A DNA stretch of 48,515 nucleotides from an uncultured Bacilli bacterium (lineage in GTDB: Bacteria; Bacillota_I; Bacilli_A; RF39; UBA660). The notes below the pieces were generated by a model. It was not told the origin of the DNA, searched no databases, and was given only the letters and a program-made list of their open reading frames with translations. Of this stretch, positions 10,349 through 19,519 are shown piece after piece. Location of the stretch: the NCBI GenBank assembly GCA_944331835.1, contig CALVIU010000002.1:1-48515 (forward strand), written 5' to 3'. The stretch's first letter is position 1. Each line of letters opens with the position of its first letter. Made by a program: the position numbers and the translations under genes.

Positions 10349-10379
10349 TTGACTTAGAGTAAGGTCTATCTGCTATTAT
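10349..10379 (+). promoter_or_regulatory. MerR-type promoter/operator
   Basis: TTGACT-19 bp-TATTAT with dyad TAGA-GTAAGG-TCTA in the spacer, directly upstream of a MerR-family gene. Confidence 0.75.
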
Positions 10380-10396
10380 TAACTTATGGTGATGAA

Positions 10397-10744
10397 ATGA
10401 AGATAAGTGAAGTAAGTGAAAAATATAATATCCCTGCTGATACATTAAGATATTATGAAAAATTTGGTTTAATTGATAATGTTAGTAAAATATCTGGTGT
10501 TAGAAATTATAGTGAAGAAGATTGTTCCAGAATTGAATTTATTATCTGTATGAAACATGCTGGACTAAGTCTAGAAGATATTAAAACTTTTATTAATTTA
10601 AACAAAGAGGGAGATAAAACAATACCAGCAAGATTAAAGATATTAGAACATCAAAAGAAGATACTTGAGGATGAAATCAAAAACAAAGAAAAAACTCTGG
10701 ACTATTTAAATTATAAAATTAATTTATATAAAGGAATGATAATT
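10397..10744 (+). CDS. MerR-family regulator domain (AdhR/NmlR-like), running in frame into the DUF362 gene
   Basis: MKISEVSEKYNIPADTLRYYEKFGLI, GVRNY, FIICMKHAGLSL; no stop codon before ATG 10745. Confidence 0.85.
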
Positions 10745-11626
10745 ATGAAATCAAAAGTATATTTTATTAAGGAAATAACTCCTGAAAATATTATTAAAGC
10801 CTATGAAGCATTAGGTAAAAAACTAGAAGGTAAAGTTGCTGTTAAAATGCATTCTGGAGAACATGGCAACCAAAACTATTTAAGACCAGAATTTGTTCAA
10901 GATGTCATAAGACATGTCGGTGGTACAGTTGTAGAATGTAATACTGCTTATGAAGGTGCTAGAAATACAACTGAAAAGCATCGTGAATTAATTAAAGAAC
11001 ATGAATGGGAAAAATATTTTCCATTTGACTTAATGGATGCAGACGGACCAGACTTAGAATTAGATATTCCAAATGGTAAAATTTTGAAGAAAAACTATGT
11101 TGGTAAGAATTTAGCCAATTATGATTCAATGATGGTTCTATCTCACTTTAAAGGCCATGCTATGGGTGGTTATGGTGGAGCTTTAAAACAACTTTCTATT
11201 GGTTGTGCATCATCTGCTGGTAAAACACTAATTCATACTGCTGGAGTAACTGATAATCAATACGAATTATTTAATAACCTGCCAGAATAAGACCATTTCT
11301 TGGAAGCAATGGCTGATGCGGCATCAAGTGTAGTAAATCACTTTAATGGCAATATTGTATACATTAATGTTATGAAAAACATTTCTGTTGATTGCGACTG
11401 TGATGGTAATGCTTCTGCTCCATGTATGGCTGATGTGGGTATTCTTGCAAGTCTTGATCCAGTAGCAATAGATCAAGCATGCCTAGATTTAGTTTATAAT
11501 AGTACTGACCCAGGTAAAGATAAGCTTATCGAAAGAATTGAATCTCTTCACGGTGTTCACACTGTTGAAGCTGCTGCTGAACTTGGTGTAGGTTCTCGTG
11601 AATATGAACTTATAACAATCGAATAA
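10745..11626 (+). pseudogene. DUF362 family Fe-S protein interrupted by an in-frame TAA (11288-11290)
   Basis: VAVKMHSGE, VECNTAY, SHFKGH..GGYGGALK, then PE*DHFLEAMADAA continuing in frame to DCDC and DPVAIDQAC. Confidence 0.8.
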
Positions 11627-11634
11627 GTAATGTT

Positions 11635-11661
11635 AACTGTTACATTTTGTAGCAGTTTTTT
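11635..11661 (+). terminator. intrinsic terminator
   Basis: AACTGTTACA-TTT-TGTAGCAGTT followed by T-run. Confidence 0.7.
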
Positions 11662-11716
11662 ATTTTGAAGTCGCAGAACAAAAAAGTAGAAAAAACAAAA
11701 ATTTACATATCGAAAA

Positions 11717-11738
11717 CGAACAAATGTTATGGTATACT
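11717..11738 (+). promoter_or_regulatory. putative LexA (Cheo) box next to an extended -10
   Basis: CGAAC-AAAT-GTTAT versus consensus CGAAC-RNRY-GTTCG; TG-G-TATACT at 11730-11738. Confidence 0.45.
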
Positions 11739-11762
11739 GTATTTAGTTATAGGGGGTACAAT

Positions 11763-12623
11763 ATGAATAACTTAGTAAAAGATGAAATTAATATTGAAGA
11801 TTTGATTTATGAAATTCGGGGAGTATAAGTAATGCTAGACAGTGATCTAGCTAATCTTTATCAAGTGGAAACCAAAAGAATTAATGAAGCAGTTAGAAAT
11901 AATCCTGATAAATTTCCAGAACGTTTTAGTTTTATTTTGACAGATATGGAGACATCAAACTTGAGGTCGAAAATTTCGACTTCAAAAATGCATGGTGGAA
12001 GAAGATATGCTATAAGAGTTTTCACAGAACAAGGAGTAGCTATGCTTGCTACAATATTAAAATCAAAAGTAGCAACAAAAATAAGCATCAACATAATGGA
12101 TGCATTTGTTGCAATGCGAAAATTTATTTCTAATAATTTACTTGAACAAAGATATATAAATAATTTAGTGATAGAACATGATTCGCAAATTAAATTATTA
12201 CAAGATTCGTTTCAGAAATTTGAAGAGAAGAAAGAGGTTAATGAAATATATTTTGATGGTCAAATATATGATGCTTATTCCAAGATACAAGAGATATTTA
12301 AGGAAGCAAAAAGTAAGTTAGTAATAATAGATTCTTATGCTGATAATACAATATTAGATATTATTAAAAGATTAAATATAAAAGTAATTATCATAACAAA
12401 ACCAAATAACTTATTAACAAAGCAAGATATAGAAAAATATAATAAGCAGTACAATAACTTAACAGTACAATATGATAATACATTTCATGATAGATATTTT
12501 ATATTGGATGATTCCATAGTTTATCATTGTGGTGCTAGTATTAATAGAATTGGTTATAAAACATTTTCTATAACCAGAATAAATGATGATGCAGTATGCA
12601 AGTCATTAATAAATAAAATATAA
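11763..12623 (+). pseudogene. ORF6N (KilA-N-like) DNA-binding + PLD-like domain protein, copy 1; nonsense codon at codon 22, possible restart at 11832
   Basis: MNNLVKDEINIEDLIYEIRGV*VMLDSDLA; TAA 11826-11828 aligns with CAA in copy 2; FTEQGVAML; C-terminal FHDRYFILD...HCGAS. Confidence 0.8.
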
Positions 12624-13355
12624 GGGGTAAACAGTATGAATAACTTATTAAAAGATGAAGTAAATATTGAAGGGTTAATTTATGAAATTCGTGGCGTACA
12701 AGTGATGCTCGATAGCGATTTAGCCAAACTTTATGAGTGTGCTAACGGTGCGAAGACAATTAATCAAGCAGTTAAAAGACATATAAACAGATTCCCAGAA
12801 AGATTTATGTTTAGATTAACAAGAATTGAATATCATGAAATTCTAAGGTCCCAGGTTGGGACCTTAGAATTGGAACAAGGTAAATACTCAAAATATACTC
12901 CTTATGCCTTTACAGAACAAGGAGTAGCTATGCTAGCAACAGTACTTAGAACTCCAGTGGCTGAAGAAATAAGTATCAAAATTATGGATGCTTTTGTTGC
13001 TATGAGAAAATATATATCGAATAATTTGCTTGAACAAAGATATATAAATAATTTGGTACTCGAAGATCACGAAAAAATAAAACTGTTAGAAACATCATTT
13101 CAAAAAATTGAAGAAAAGAAAAAAGTAAATGAGATATATTTTGAAGGACAAATATATGATGCTTATTCCAAGATACAAGATATTTTTAAGGAAGCAAAAA
13201 GTAAGTTAGTAATAATAGATTCTTATGCTGATAATACAATATTAGATATTATTAAAAGATTAAATATAAAAGTAATTATCATAACAAAACCAAATAACTT
13301 ATTAACAAAGCAAGATATAGAAAAATATAATAAGCAGTACAATAACTTAACAGTA
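12297..13355 (+). repeat. 171-bp identical direct repeat (12297-12467 / 13185-13355) within a ~330-bp near-identical block
   Basis: Base-by-base comparison of the 3' halves of the two ORF6N genes, offset 888. Confidence 0.9.
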
Positions 13356-13526
13356 AAATATGATAATACATTTCATGATAGATATTTTATACTAGATGAT
13401 AGAGTAGTTTATCATTGTGGAGCTAGTATTAATAGAATTGGTTATAAAACATTTTCCATAACTAGAATAAATGATGATGAAATAAATCAATTGTTAATAA
13501 AAAGAACAAATTCGGTTATTAAATAA
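12636..13526 (+). CDS. ORF6N (KilA-N-like) DNA-binding + PLD-like domain protein, copy 2 (intact)
   Basis: IYEIRGVQVMLDSDLAKLY, RFPERFMFRL, PYAFTEQGVAMLATVL; C-terminal IIDSY...FHDRYFILD...HCGAS. Confidence 0.88.
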   Translation: MNNLLKDEVNIEGLIYEIRGVQVMLDSDLAKLYECANGAKTINQAVKRHINRFPERFMFRLTRIEYHEILRSQVGTLELEQGKYSKYTPYAFTEQGVAMLATVLRTPVAEEISIKIMDAFVAMRKYISNNLLEQRYINNLVLEDHEKIKLLETSFQKIEEKKKVNEIYFEGQIYDAYSKIQDIFKEAKSKLVIIDSYADNTILDIIKRLNIKVIIITKPNNLLTKQDIEKYNKQYNNLTVKYDNTFHDRYFILDDRVVYHCGASINRIGYKTFSITRINDDEINQLLIKRTNSVIK

Positions 13527-13583
13527 AAAATTGTCAATTAAAAAGAAAAATGTTAAAATATACTTAAATTAAGGAGAAATTCT

Positions 13584-14375
13584 ATGACAAAGACAAATTT
13601 TTTATCAATTTCTAAGGAACAATTACTCCAAACATTTATAAAGTTTTATGGAGCCAATGAATCTGAATATATCAAAAGTCAATTAGAAGATCCAAAAATT
13701 ATATGGTATGAAGTAGTTGATGACCCCGAAAAAATTACTGATATATGGCCTTACATTACAACAGATATACCCAAAGAAGAAGTAGAAGGTTACTTAAAAC
13801 AAAAAAATAAATATATTTTCTTGCAAAGCGCATATATAGATGATTTAGGTTTACTGGTATTGCCTAATTCTGGCAATATAAATCATATTATTCATGAAAT
13901 GAATCATAAATTAAGTTCTCATATTATACGCGAAAAGCCATATGCCGCCATAAACGGATTATCTATCGCTGTAGAAACAGTGCATGGAGGAGTAGTTACA
14001 TATAATAACAATTTAAATGAAGTAATTAATGAACTTATGACTTTGGATATTATTTCGTGGCTAAATATTATGGGTGAAAATGTATCGCCATGTTATTCGT
14101 GGCAAAGTGGAGCATTCAAATTAATACAACCTTTTTATGAACACTTTAAAGAACCATTAAAGCAATTATATATTACGGGTAATATGTTCGATTTCTTAAG
14201 AGAAGTAGGAGAACAAGAATTTCAAGATTTTACGAATTTTATAGAAAGAAAATTATTTATAATAAAAATTCATCTAAGAAATAATAAGCCAGTTACAATT
14301 AAAGAAGAAGATGTTGCAGAATCACAAAGACTTACTCAAGCAATGATTGATTATAATTTAAGAAGTCGAAAATAA
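13584..14375 (+). CDS. hypothetical protein, putative zinc metallopeptidase
   Basis: IHEMNH (HExxH) with downstream LNEVINE; own promoter TTGTCA-17-TAAAAT (13531-13559) and AAGGAG RBS. Confidence 0.6.
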   Translation: MTKTNFLSISKEQLLQTFIKFYGANESEYIKSQLEDPKIIWYEVVDDPEKITDIWPYITTDIPKEEVEGYLKQKNKYIFLQSAYIDDLGLLVLPNSGNINHIIHEMNHKLSSHIIREKPYAAINGLSIAVETVHGGVVTYNNNLNEVINELMTLDIISWLNIMGENVSPCYSWQSGAFKLIQPFYEHFKEPLKQLYITGNMFDFLREVGEQEFQDFTNFIERKLFIIKIHLRNNKPVTIKEEDVAESQRLTQAMIDYNLRSRK

Positions 14376-14424
14376 TTTAATTGTTATTTACTTATATTAA
14401 TGATAAAATTATATTGTGGTAAGT

Positions 14425-14799
14425 ATGAAAAACAAAAAATTAATTAATAGCTTTAAATATGCTTTCAAAGGAATTGGTTCAGCATTTTTAACTGAACGTA
14501 ATATGAAAATCCATGTAACAATGATGGTGCTAGTAATAATCTGTGGTATTATATTTAAAATTAGCATTTTTGAATGGTTCGTTTGTATAGCTTGCTTTGC
14601 TATAGTGATTGGTGGTGAAATGTTTAATACGGCGATTGAACAAGTTGTCGATATTGCTATGCCAGAAAAAGATCCTAGAGCTAAACTGTCCAAGGATGTT
14701 GCTGCTGGGGGAGTTTTAGTTTTTGCTATTGCTTCTGCAATAATAGGTCTAATAATATTTGTTCCTAAGTTTATCGATTTAGTTGGAGGCATACTATGA
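14425..14799 (+). CDS. dgkA: diacylglycerol/undecaprenol kinase
   Basis: SFKYAFKGI, ERNMKIH, EMFNTAIE, KDVAAGGV; three TM segments. Confidence 0.92.
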   Translation: MKNKKLINSFKYAFKGIGSAFLTERNMKIHVTMMVLVIICGIIFKISIFEWFVCIACFAIVIGGEMFNTAIEQVVDIAMPEKDPRAKLSKDVAAGGVLVFAIASAIIGLIIFVPKFIDLVGGIL

Positions 14800-15122
14800 T
14801 TACCTTAACGGATTTTGAAAATGTTGAAATGCGTGTTGGTACTATCATTGCAGCTAGTCCCAATAAAGGAGCCAGAAAACCAGCATATAAATTAAAAATA
14901 GATTTTGGTGAGTATGGAATTAAAAACTCATCTGCTCAAATAACTGAATTTTACACTCCTGATAATTTGGTTGGCAAACAAGTTATTGCTGTTATGAATT
15001 TTGAACCAATTAAAATATCTGAAGTAAAAAGTGAAGTTAGAGTATTAGGAGTAGAAACCAAAGAAGGGGTAGTGTTAATATCATTAGATAAAAAAACACC
15101 TAATGGTTTATTGGTATCTTAA
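14796..15122 (+). CDS. csaA: tRNA-binding / secretion chaperone CsaA
   Basis: DFENVEMRVGTI, KPAYKLKIDFG, SSAQIT, SEVRVLG. Confidence 0.88.
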   Translation: MITLTDFENVEMRVGTIIAASPNKGARKPAYKLKIDFGEYGIKNSSAQITEFYTPDNLVGKQVIAVMNFEPIKISEVKSEVRVLGVETKEGVVLISLDKKTPNGLLVS

Positions 15123-15148
15123 ATATCCGGGGGGATTTGGTATGACAC

Positions 15149-15634
15149 ATGAAAACATTTATAAAAAAGCTTAATGCCATTGATTATAGAATATTGTTCA
15201 GTTTATCGTTTGATATAACGATTCTTGAGGTTATCCATTTTTATTTATTTGCTGGTTATTCTCATGGAGGAGTAGTGAGATATGATAAAGAAGATGTTGA
15301 ATATCATCAAATTCAAAAAGTAATGAAACAAGTATTTGAACTATTAACAAACTATGTTTCAACTGAAGAATATATTTTAGAATGCATAAGATTAATCACT
15401 ATAATTTATTTATATCAGCCATTCTTCGATGGTAATTCTAGAACTTGCTTATGCTTTTTGAAAATATTATTAGAACAGCGCTGTATGATATTACATCTTG
15501 ATGAAAATAAAGAAAAAATTAATCGAGAAATTTTGTCCGTCTTTTATACTCCGGAAGATACTTTAGAATTTGATTCATTACATGAAGTAAATCACAATTT
15601 ATTAAAGCGTTTACCACCCAAAAAGGAAGATTGA
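15149..15634 (+). CDS. Fic/Doc domain protein with non-canonical motif
   Basis: YQPFFDGNSRT versus canonical HPFxDGNGR. Confidence 0.7.
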   Translation: MKTFIKKLNAIDYRILFSLSFDITILEVIHFYLFAGYSHGGVVRYDKEDVEYHQIQKVMKQVFELLTNYVSTEEYILECIRLITIIYLYQPFFDGNSRTCLCFLKILLEQRCMILHLDENKEKINREILSVFYTPEDTLEFDSLHEVNHNLLKRLPPKKED

Positions 15635-15635
15635 T

Positions 15636-16253
15636 ATGAAAGAGTACATGAAAAAAACATTGAACTATTATGAAAATAATGCTCAGGAATACGCCAATAA
15701 TTGGACCGATGATTTCCTAAGTAATTATGATTTTACTGTTCCTGATATATTTTTGAGTTATTTAGATGCCAATGCTAATATTTTGGATTTAGGCTATGGC
15801 ACTGGTAGAGATAGTAAATATTTTTTAGACAAAGGATATAATGTAACAGCTATTGATGGTTCCCAAGAGTTTTGTAAAATGGCTTCAAAATATTTGAATT
15901 TACCAGTTGCCAATATCAATTTTTTAGATATGGATTATACAGATGAATTTGATGGTGTATTTGCCTGTGCCTCACTTCTTCACTTAAATGATACTGATTT
16001 GCCAATTGTTTTAGAAAAAATATATAAATCTTTAAAAGAAAATGGAATTTTGTATTGTTCATTTAAGAAAGGTGAAGCCTCTAGAATAGATGATAACTCT
16101 AGATTTTACAATGATATGACTGAAGAAAAATTTACTAAGATTATAAATAATTTGAACGGAAAATTCCATTTGCTCAAGACTTGGGAAAGCAATCAATACA
16201 AGTCATCAACTAAATTTATTAACTTTATTTTAAGGAGGGAGAAATATGACTAA
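15636..16253 (+). CDS. class I SAM-dependent methyltransferase
   Basis: ILDLGYGTGRD, VTAIDGS, FDGVFACASLLH. Confidence 0.9.
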   Translation: MKEYMKKTLNYYENNAQEYANNWTDDFLSNYDFTVPDIFLSYLDANANILDLGYGTGRDSKYFLDKGYNVTAIDGSQEFCKMASKYLNLPVANINFLDMDYTDEFDGVFACASLLHLNDTDLPIVLEKIYKSLKENGILYCSFKKGEASRIDDNSRFYNDMTEEKFTKIINNLNGKFHLLKTWESNQYKSSTKFINFILRREKYD

Positions 16254-16971
16254 AATAATTGGAATATTTCCAACTGTTAGAATAGAAGAAGAAAGTCACC
16301 CTTACCATAAACGCTACGAATTTATAATTCATTATCCGCATAAGATTTATGAATGTGGTGCCATACCAATGGGACTATTATTAGATCATGGTCATGTATC
16401 TAAAGAACAATTAGATCTATGCGATGCTTTTTTATTACCAGGAGGACATCGTATCGATAAAAGTGTCTATGAACTATTGATATATGCTTATAAAAATAAA
16501 AAGCCAGTTTTAGGTATATGTATGGGAATGCAGACTATGAGTATATTTTCAGTAATACTAGATAACTTAAAAGAAAACTTAACCATAGATAATTTTTTAA
16601 ATAAATATACTGAAATAATTAAGGATAATCCAATAATAAATAAAATAGATAATGGGGAAATACACGATGTCCTTCTAGCAGATCATCCAATAAGAGATGC
16701 TTTTCATAAACTTTCTATTACTAAAGATAATATTTTATATAGAATATATCAAGAAGATATTATTGATATTGTTTGTTTGCATACTTATGAAGTAAATAGA
16801 GTAGGAAGTCTATTTAAAATATCCGCCAAATCTCCAAAAGGAGTAATTGAAGCAATTGAATCAACCAATAAAAATTTATTTTGGATTGGTACTCAATTTC
16901 ATCCAGAAGCAAATCCTAATGATAAAATATTTGAATACTTTATAAATAATATCAATGAAAAAAAGTATTAG
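16246..16971 (+). CDS. peptidase C26 / gamma-glutamyl hydrolase-type glutamine amidotransferase
   Basis: LLPGG, PVLGICMGMQ, GVIEAIE, QFHPE. Confidence 0.85.
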   Translation: MTKIIGIFPTVRIEEESHPYHKRYEFIIHYPHKIYECGAIPMGLLLDHGHVSKEQLDLCDAFLLPGGHRIDKSVYELLIYAYKNKKPVLGICMGMQTMSIFSVILDNLKENLTIDNFLNKYTEIIKDNPIINKIDNGEIHDVLLADHPIRDAFHKLSITKDNILYRIYQEDIIDIVCLHTYEVNRVGSLFKISAKSPKGVIEAIESTNKNLFWIGTQFHPEANPNDKIFEYFINNINEKKY

Positions 16972-17021
16972 CCTAGATTTAATGAACCTATATTATTTAT
17001 TAACAGATGGAGAATGTTTTA

Positions 17022-17435
17022 ATGAAAATAATAACGAAATTACTTAAAAATATATTATTTGATACTGTGGTTTATACAGTGATTGTTCTTTTAATATCTA
17101 ATTTGCTAAAAAATAATGGATATGTATTTTTGGTGTGGTTTAAAAATTTCAATTTTATATTAATATCCCTTGGAATCATAATAGGAACTATTCAGACATA
17201 CTATCAAATTGTTAAAGATAAATCAAATCGCACTATAATAATTATCGTAACAGTATTTTTTGAATTACTTATAATATTGTCAATTGCGTTTTTCTTTTTT
17301 ATCTTCCAAAATAAAGAAGAAATTGTTTATAAAAACAATAAAAAGATGATTGTAGAAACAAAACCATCTAGTAGTTGTTTTTATGATTATGAAAATGTTT
17401 TTATTCGAAATGTTGAGTATAAATTTTGTAGTTAA
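17022..17435 (+). CDS. hypothetical membrane protein
   Basis: Three hydrophobic segments; ATG 17022 with GGAG RBS (alternative start 17007). Confidence 0.6.
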   Translation: MKIITKLLKNILFDTVVYTVIVLLISNLLKNNGYVFLVWFKNFNFILISLGIIIGTIQTYYQIVKDKSNRTIIIIVTVFFELLIILSIAFFFFIFQNKEEIVYKNNKKMIVETKPSSSCFYDYENVFIRNVEYKFCS

Positions 17436-17524
17436 AGTGAAAATATTAATATATATTGTTAAAACTCTAAAAAAATGCTAGAATATTTTCGTTAATTTTC
17501 TTGCTTTAAAAAGGAGGTATCTTT

Positions 17525-19471
17525 ATGTTTGAATTAGTATCTAAATTTCAACCTAGTGGTGATCAACCAGAAGCAATTAAAAAATTAGTTGATGGTATCA
17601 ATTCAGGAAAAAAAGAACAAGTATTGCTTGGAGCAACAGGAACAGGTAAAACATTTACTGTAGCTAATGTGATAAAAGAGGTCAATAAACCGACGCTTGT
17701 TCTGGCCCACAATAAAACGCTTGCTGGGCAACTTTATGCCGAATTAAAAGAGTTTTTCCCTAATAATCATGTCGAATATTTTGTTTCGTATTACGATTAT
17801 TATCAACCAGAAGCCTATGTTCCAAGTAGTGATACTTATATTGAAAAAGATGCATCTATTAACGATGAAATTGATGAACTAAGACATGCTGCAACAAGTG
17901 CTTTAATTAATCATCGCGATGTTATAGTGGTTGCTTCTGTTTCATGTATTTATGGTATCGGCGAAAAAGAAGAATATGAAAAAAATATGCTTATCTTAAC
18001 TGTTGGAGATTCTATCTCTCGTAACAAAATTTTAAATCGTTTGATAGATATGACTTATGAACGTAGTGACTTAGACTTTCACCGGGGAACATTCCGTGTC
18101 CGTGGTAATAACATTGATGTAGTTCCAATAAATGAACATGCCAGTGGAATTCGCATTTCTTTAGATGAAGATACTGTCGAATCGATTGCTTTATTTGACC
18201 CTTTGACAGGTGTAGTAACTTCTAATAAAAAAAGCATTACTATTTCTCCGGCATCTCACTTTGTAACTAGTAAAGATAAATTAGATGTTGCTATTACTCG
18301 TATTGAAGATGAATTAAAGGAAAGACTAGAGGAACTTAAGAGTCAAAATAAATTAATCGAAGAACAACGTTTACGTGAAAGGACAAATTACGATATTGAG
18401 ATGCTTCGAGAAACGGGTTTTTGTAATGGTGTAGAAAATTACTCACGTCATTTAGCTCTTAGAGAAGCCGGGGAAACTCCTAGCTGTTTAATTGATTTCT
18501 TTCCTAAAGATTTTTTATTGGTTGTTGATGAATCTCATGTAACTCTTCCTCAAGTACGCGGAATGTATAATGGCGATAGACAACGGAAACAAACTTTAGT
18601 TGATTATGGCTTCCGTCTTCCAAGTGCTCTTGATAATAGACCATTAACATTTGATGAATTTAATTCTAAAATTAACCAAGCCATCTATGTTTCAGCTACA
18701 CCCGGAGATTATGAACTTGAAAAAACAGATGGTTTATTTGTAGAGCAAATTATCAGACCGACAGGATTGCTTGATCCAATTATTGAAGTTCGGAAAACTG
18801 AAGGACAAATTGATGACATCATTAGTGAAATTAGAGATAGAATAGAAAAAAATGAAAGAGTATTAATTACAACTCTTACAATTAGAATGAGCGAAGAATT
18901 AACCAACTACTTAAAAGAAATGAATATTAAGGTTGCTTATTTACACAGCGAAATTAAAACTCTTGAACGACTTAAAATTATTCAAGACTTACGTCTTGGT
19001 ACTTATGATTGTGTTGTAGGTATTAATCTTTTACGTGAAGGATTAGATATACCTGAAGTAAGTTTGATATGCATATTAGATGCTGATAAGCAAGGTTTCT
19101 TACGTAGTAGTAGAAGTCTAATTCAAACCATCGGTAGGTGTGCTCGTAATGCTTCTGGAAAAGTTATCATGTATGCCGATACAGTAAGTGAAGCGATGGA
19201 TGAAGCCATCAAAGAAACCAAAAGAAGAAGAGAAATTCAAGAAAAATATAATGCAGAACATGGAATTGTTCCTAAAACAATTATTAAAGAAATTAAAGAA
19301 GTAGTAACTAACGAAATGGTTACAGAAAATAAAAAGAAAAAAGTAAGTAAGAAAGAAAAAGAAAAGATGATTTTACAAATTGAAGATGAAATGAAAGAAG
19401 CAGCTCGTAATTTAGATTTTGAAAGAGCTATGGAACTTAGAGACATTTTATTTGAAATGAAAGGTATTTAA
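17525..19471 (+). CDS. uvrB: excinuclease ABC subunit B
   Basis: [30 protein letters not shown]-terminal UVR domain. Confidence 0.98.
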   Translation: MFELVSKFQPSGDQPEAIKKLVDGINSGKKEQVLLGATGTGKTFTVANVIKEVNKPTLVLAHNKTLAGQLYAELKEFFPNNHVEYFVSYYDYYQPEAYVPSSDTYIEKDASINDEIDELRHAATSALINHRDVIVVASVSCIYGIGEKEEYEKNMLILTVGDSISRNKILNRLIDMTYERSDLDFHRGTFRVRGNNIDVVPINEHASGIRISLDEDTVESIALFDPLTGVVTSNKKSITISPASHFVTSKDKLDVAITRIEDELKERLEELKSQNKLIEEQRLRERTNYDIEMLRETGFCNGVENYSRHLALREAGETPSCLIDFFPKDFLLVVDESHVTLPQVRGMYNGDRQRKQTLVDYGFRLPSALDNRPLTFDEFNSKINQAIYVSATPGDYELEKTDGLFVEQIIRPTGLLDPIIEVRKTEGQIDDIISEIRDRIEKNERVLITTLTIRMSEELTNYLKEMNIKVAYLHSEIKTLERLKIIQDLRLGTYDCVVGINLLREGLDIPEVSLICILDADKQGFLRSSRSLIQTIGRCARNASGKVIMYADTVSEAMDEAIKETKRRREIQEKYNAEHGIVPKTIIKEIKEVVTNEMVTENKKKKVSKKEKEKMILQIEDEMKEAARNLDFERAMELRDILFEMKGI

Positions 19472-19519
19472 AAATACCCAATATTATGGTAAAATCATGG
19501 AAGTAAAGAGGTGGAAAAA

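Noticed and set aside
11288-11828. TAA-to-Gln genetic code reassignment
   Set aside because: TAA terminates many conserved genes here (cysS, uppS, ldh, uvrB) at their expected ends
11763-13526. Prophage, suggested by ORF6N antirepressor-like domains and a GH25 lysin
   Set aside because: No integrase, structural, terminase or replication genes; the GH25 protein is membrane-anchored with Ig-like domains, like a cellular hydrolase
14409-14792. Antisense or nested ORFs (also 2838, 3835, 11861, 18709, 19237, 22570, 23565, 23988, 27649, 28029, 30174, 34740, 37756, 38601, 44752, 46351, 47564, 47851)
   Set aside because: Shadow frames of well-supported genes, with no motifs or RBS
17436-17524. LexA box upstream of uvrB
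   Set aside because: No convincing GAAC-N4-GTTC match
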